A stretch of 63,629 nucleotides of DNA, the filler included, from Chiloscyllium plagiosum (Eukaryota), in the NCBI RefSeq assembly GCF_004010195.1. It is 4 parts of one record of this genome, joined end to end, with 100 filler letters (N's around TTAATTAATTAA, not from the genome) between each part and the next. Parts side by side here need not be neighbours in the genome. Positions count along the whole stretch, not along the records: positions 59,712 to 63,629 come from NC_057715.1; 3 more parts are not named here. One strand, 5' to 3'. How positions within the stretch are numbered: position 1 is the first letter of the stretch; the number at the start of each line of letters is the position of its first letter. The notes under the pieces were generated by a model that saw only the letters and a program-made list of their open reading frames with translations, searched no databases and was not told the DNA's origin. The translations under genes were made by a program, and so were the position numbers. Below, piece by piece: positions 62,897-63,629 of this stretch.

Positions 62897-63629
62897 TGGG
62901 GGTGCTGGTGTTTGACTAGGATGGATAAAGTTAAAAGTCACACAACATCGGGTCTTAGTCCATTTGAAAGTAGAAGCTTTCAGAGTACTGTTTTTTCATC
63001 AGGTAGCTGGGACAGGATATAGAATTTGTAGTAGGAGATCAAAGTGTTCTACACTGATGTGATGTATTGAACAAACTTAGATTGCTGTTAAGTCTTTACT
63101 CACTTAGAATGGGGATGCAGGTTTTGATTGATTAACATGTAAATCCCAGAATTTCTTTCAAGTCACAGTGCTGAGATAACTTAAGGTTTTATCAGTATTT
63201 AAGAAAAAAGGTGACATCTCAGCTCAGACAATCCATTAAAGGTGTAAGATTAGAGCCTGTGTCCTAACTTGAAGTCAGACTAGTTCTATTCTCGAAGTAG
63301 GAATTTATAAAATGTCACATTGCCTACAGATTGTGCCCCGTGTGTTTGTGTGTGTGTCAGAGAGCGTATGGTGTGGTAGAGTTATCTGTAATATGACATG
63401 AACCCAACATCCCGGTTGAGGCTGTCCTGATGGGTACCAAACTTGGCTATCAATGTCTGCTCAGTGACTCTGCATTGGTATGTACCCTGAAGTCCATCTT
63501 GGAAGACATTCACCTGAAGATCCAAGGCTAAATGTCCTTGACTGCTGTAGTGTTCCCAATTTGGGAGAGAACATCCCTGCATGGTGATTGTTGAGTGGTG
63601 TCCATTCATCTGTTGTCATAGTGTCTGCT
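62897..63629 (-). mobile_element. Second Penelope family 3' portion: GIY-YIG C-terminus, 3' UTR and family-B terminus
   Basis: MNGHHSTI..EHYSSQGH..DLQVNVFQ..CRVTEQTLIAKFGTHQDSLNRDVGFMSYY; terminus ggtgctggtgtttgactagg..aagtcacacaac..ctttcagagtactg..ttcatcaggt at 62900-63005. Confidence 0.8.

Overview
Repeat-rich eukaryotic non-coding DNA, most likely from a cartilaginous fish (shark). This is inferred from abundant HE1/V-SINE-like SINEs, CR1 LINEs with an esterase ORF1, a Deu-domain SINE relic and Penelope-like elements. No host protein-coding gene can be supported: nearly all ORFs are transposon relics, antisense shadows or in-frame tandem-repeat readouts. The window holds CR1 LINEs (one with a twin-priming-like 5' inversion), a second CR1-group LINE, RTE and Rex1/Babar fragments, and Penelope RT/GIY-YIG fragments. 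It also has decayed Harbinger transposase and Myb/SANT relics, solo LTRs, three SINE families and a 4-kb 33-bp satellite. The most striking system is a dense population (about 15 copies) of 95-280 bp Penelope-terminus micro-insertions carrying minimal type-I hammerhead ribozyme motifs in three covarying sequence variants. Many are long hairpin palindromes flanked by 9-15 bp target-site duplications. Three N-TTAATTAATTAA-N linkers are artificial contig joins, so adjacency across them is unreliable. Most element boundaries are approximate, read by eye.
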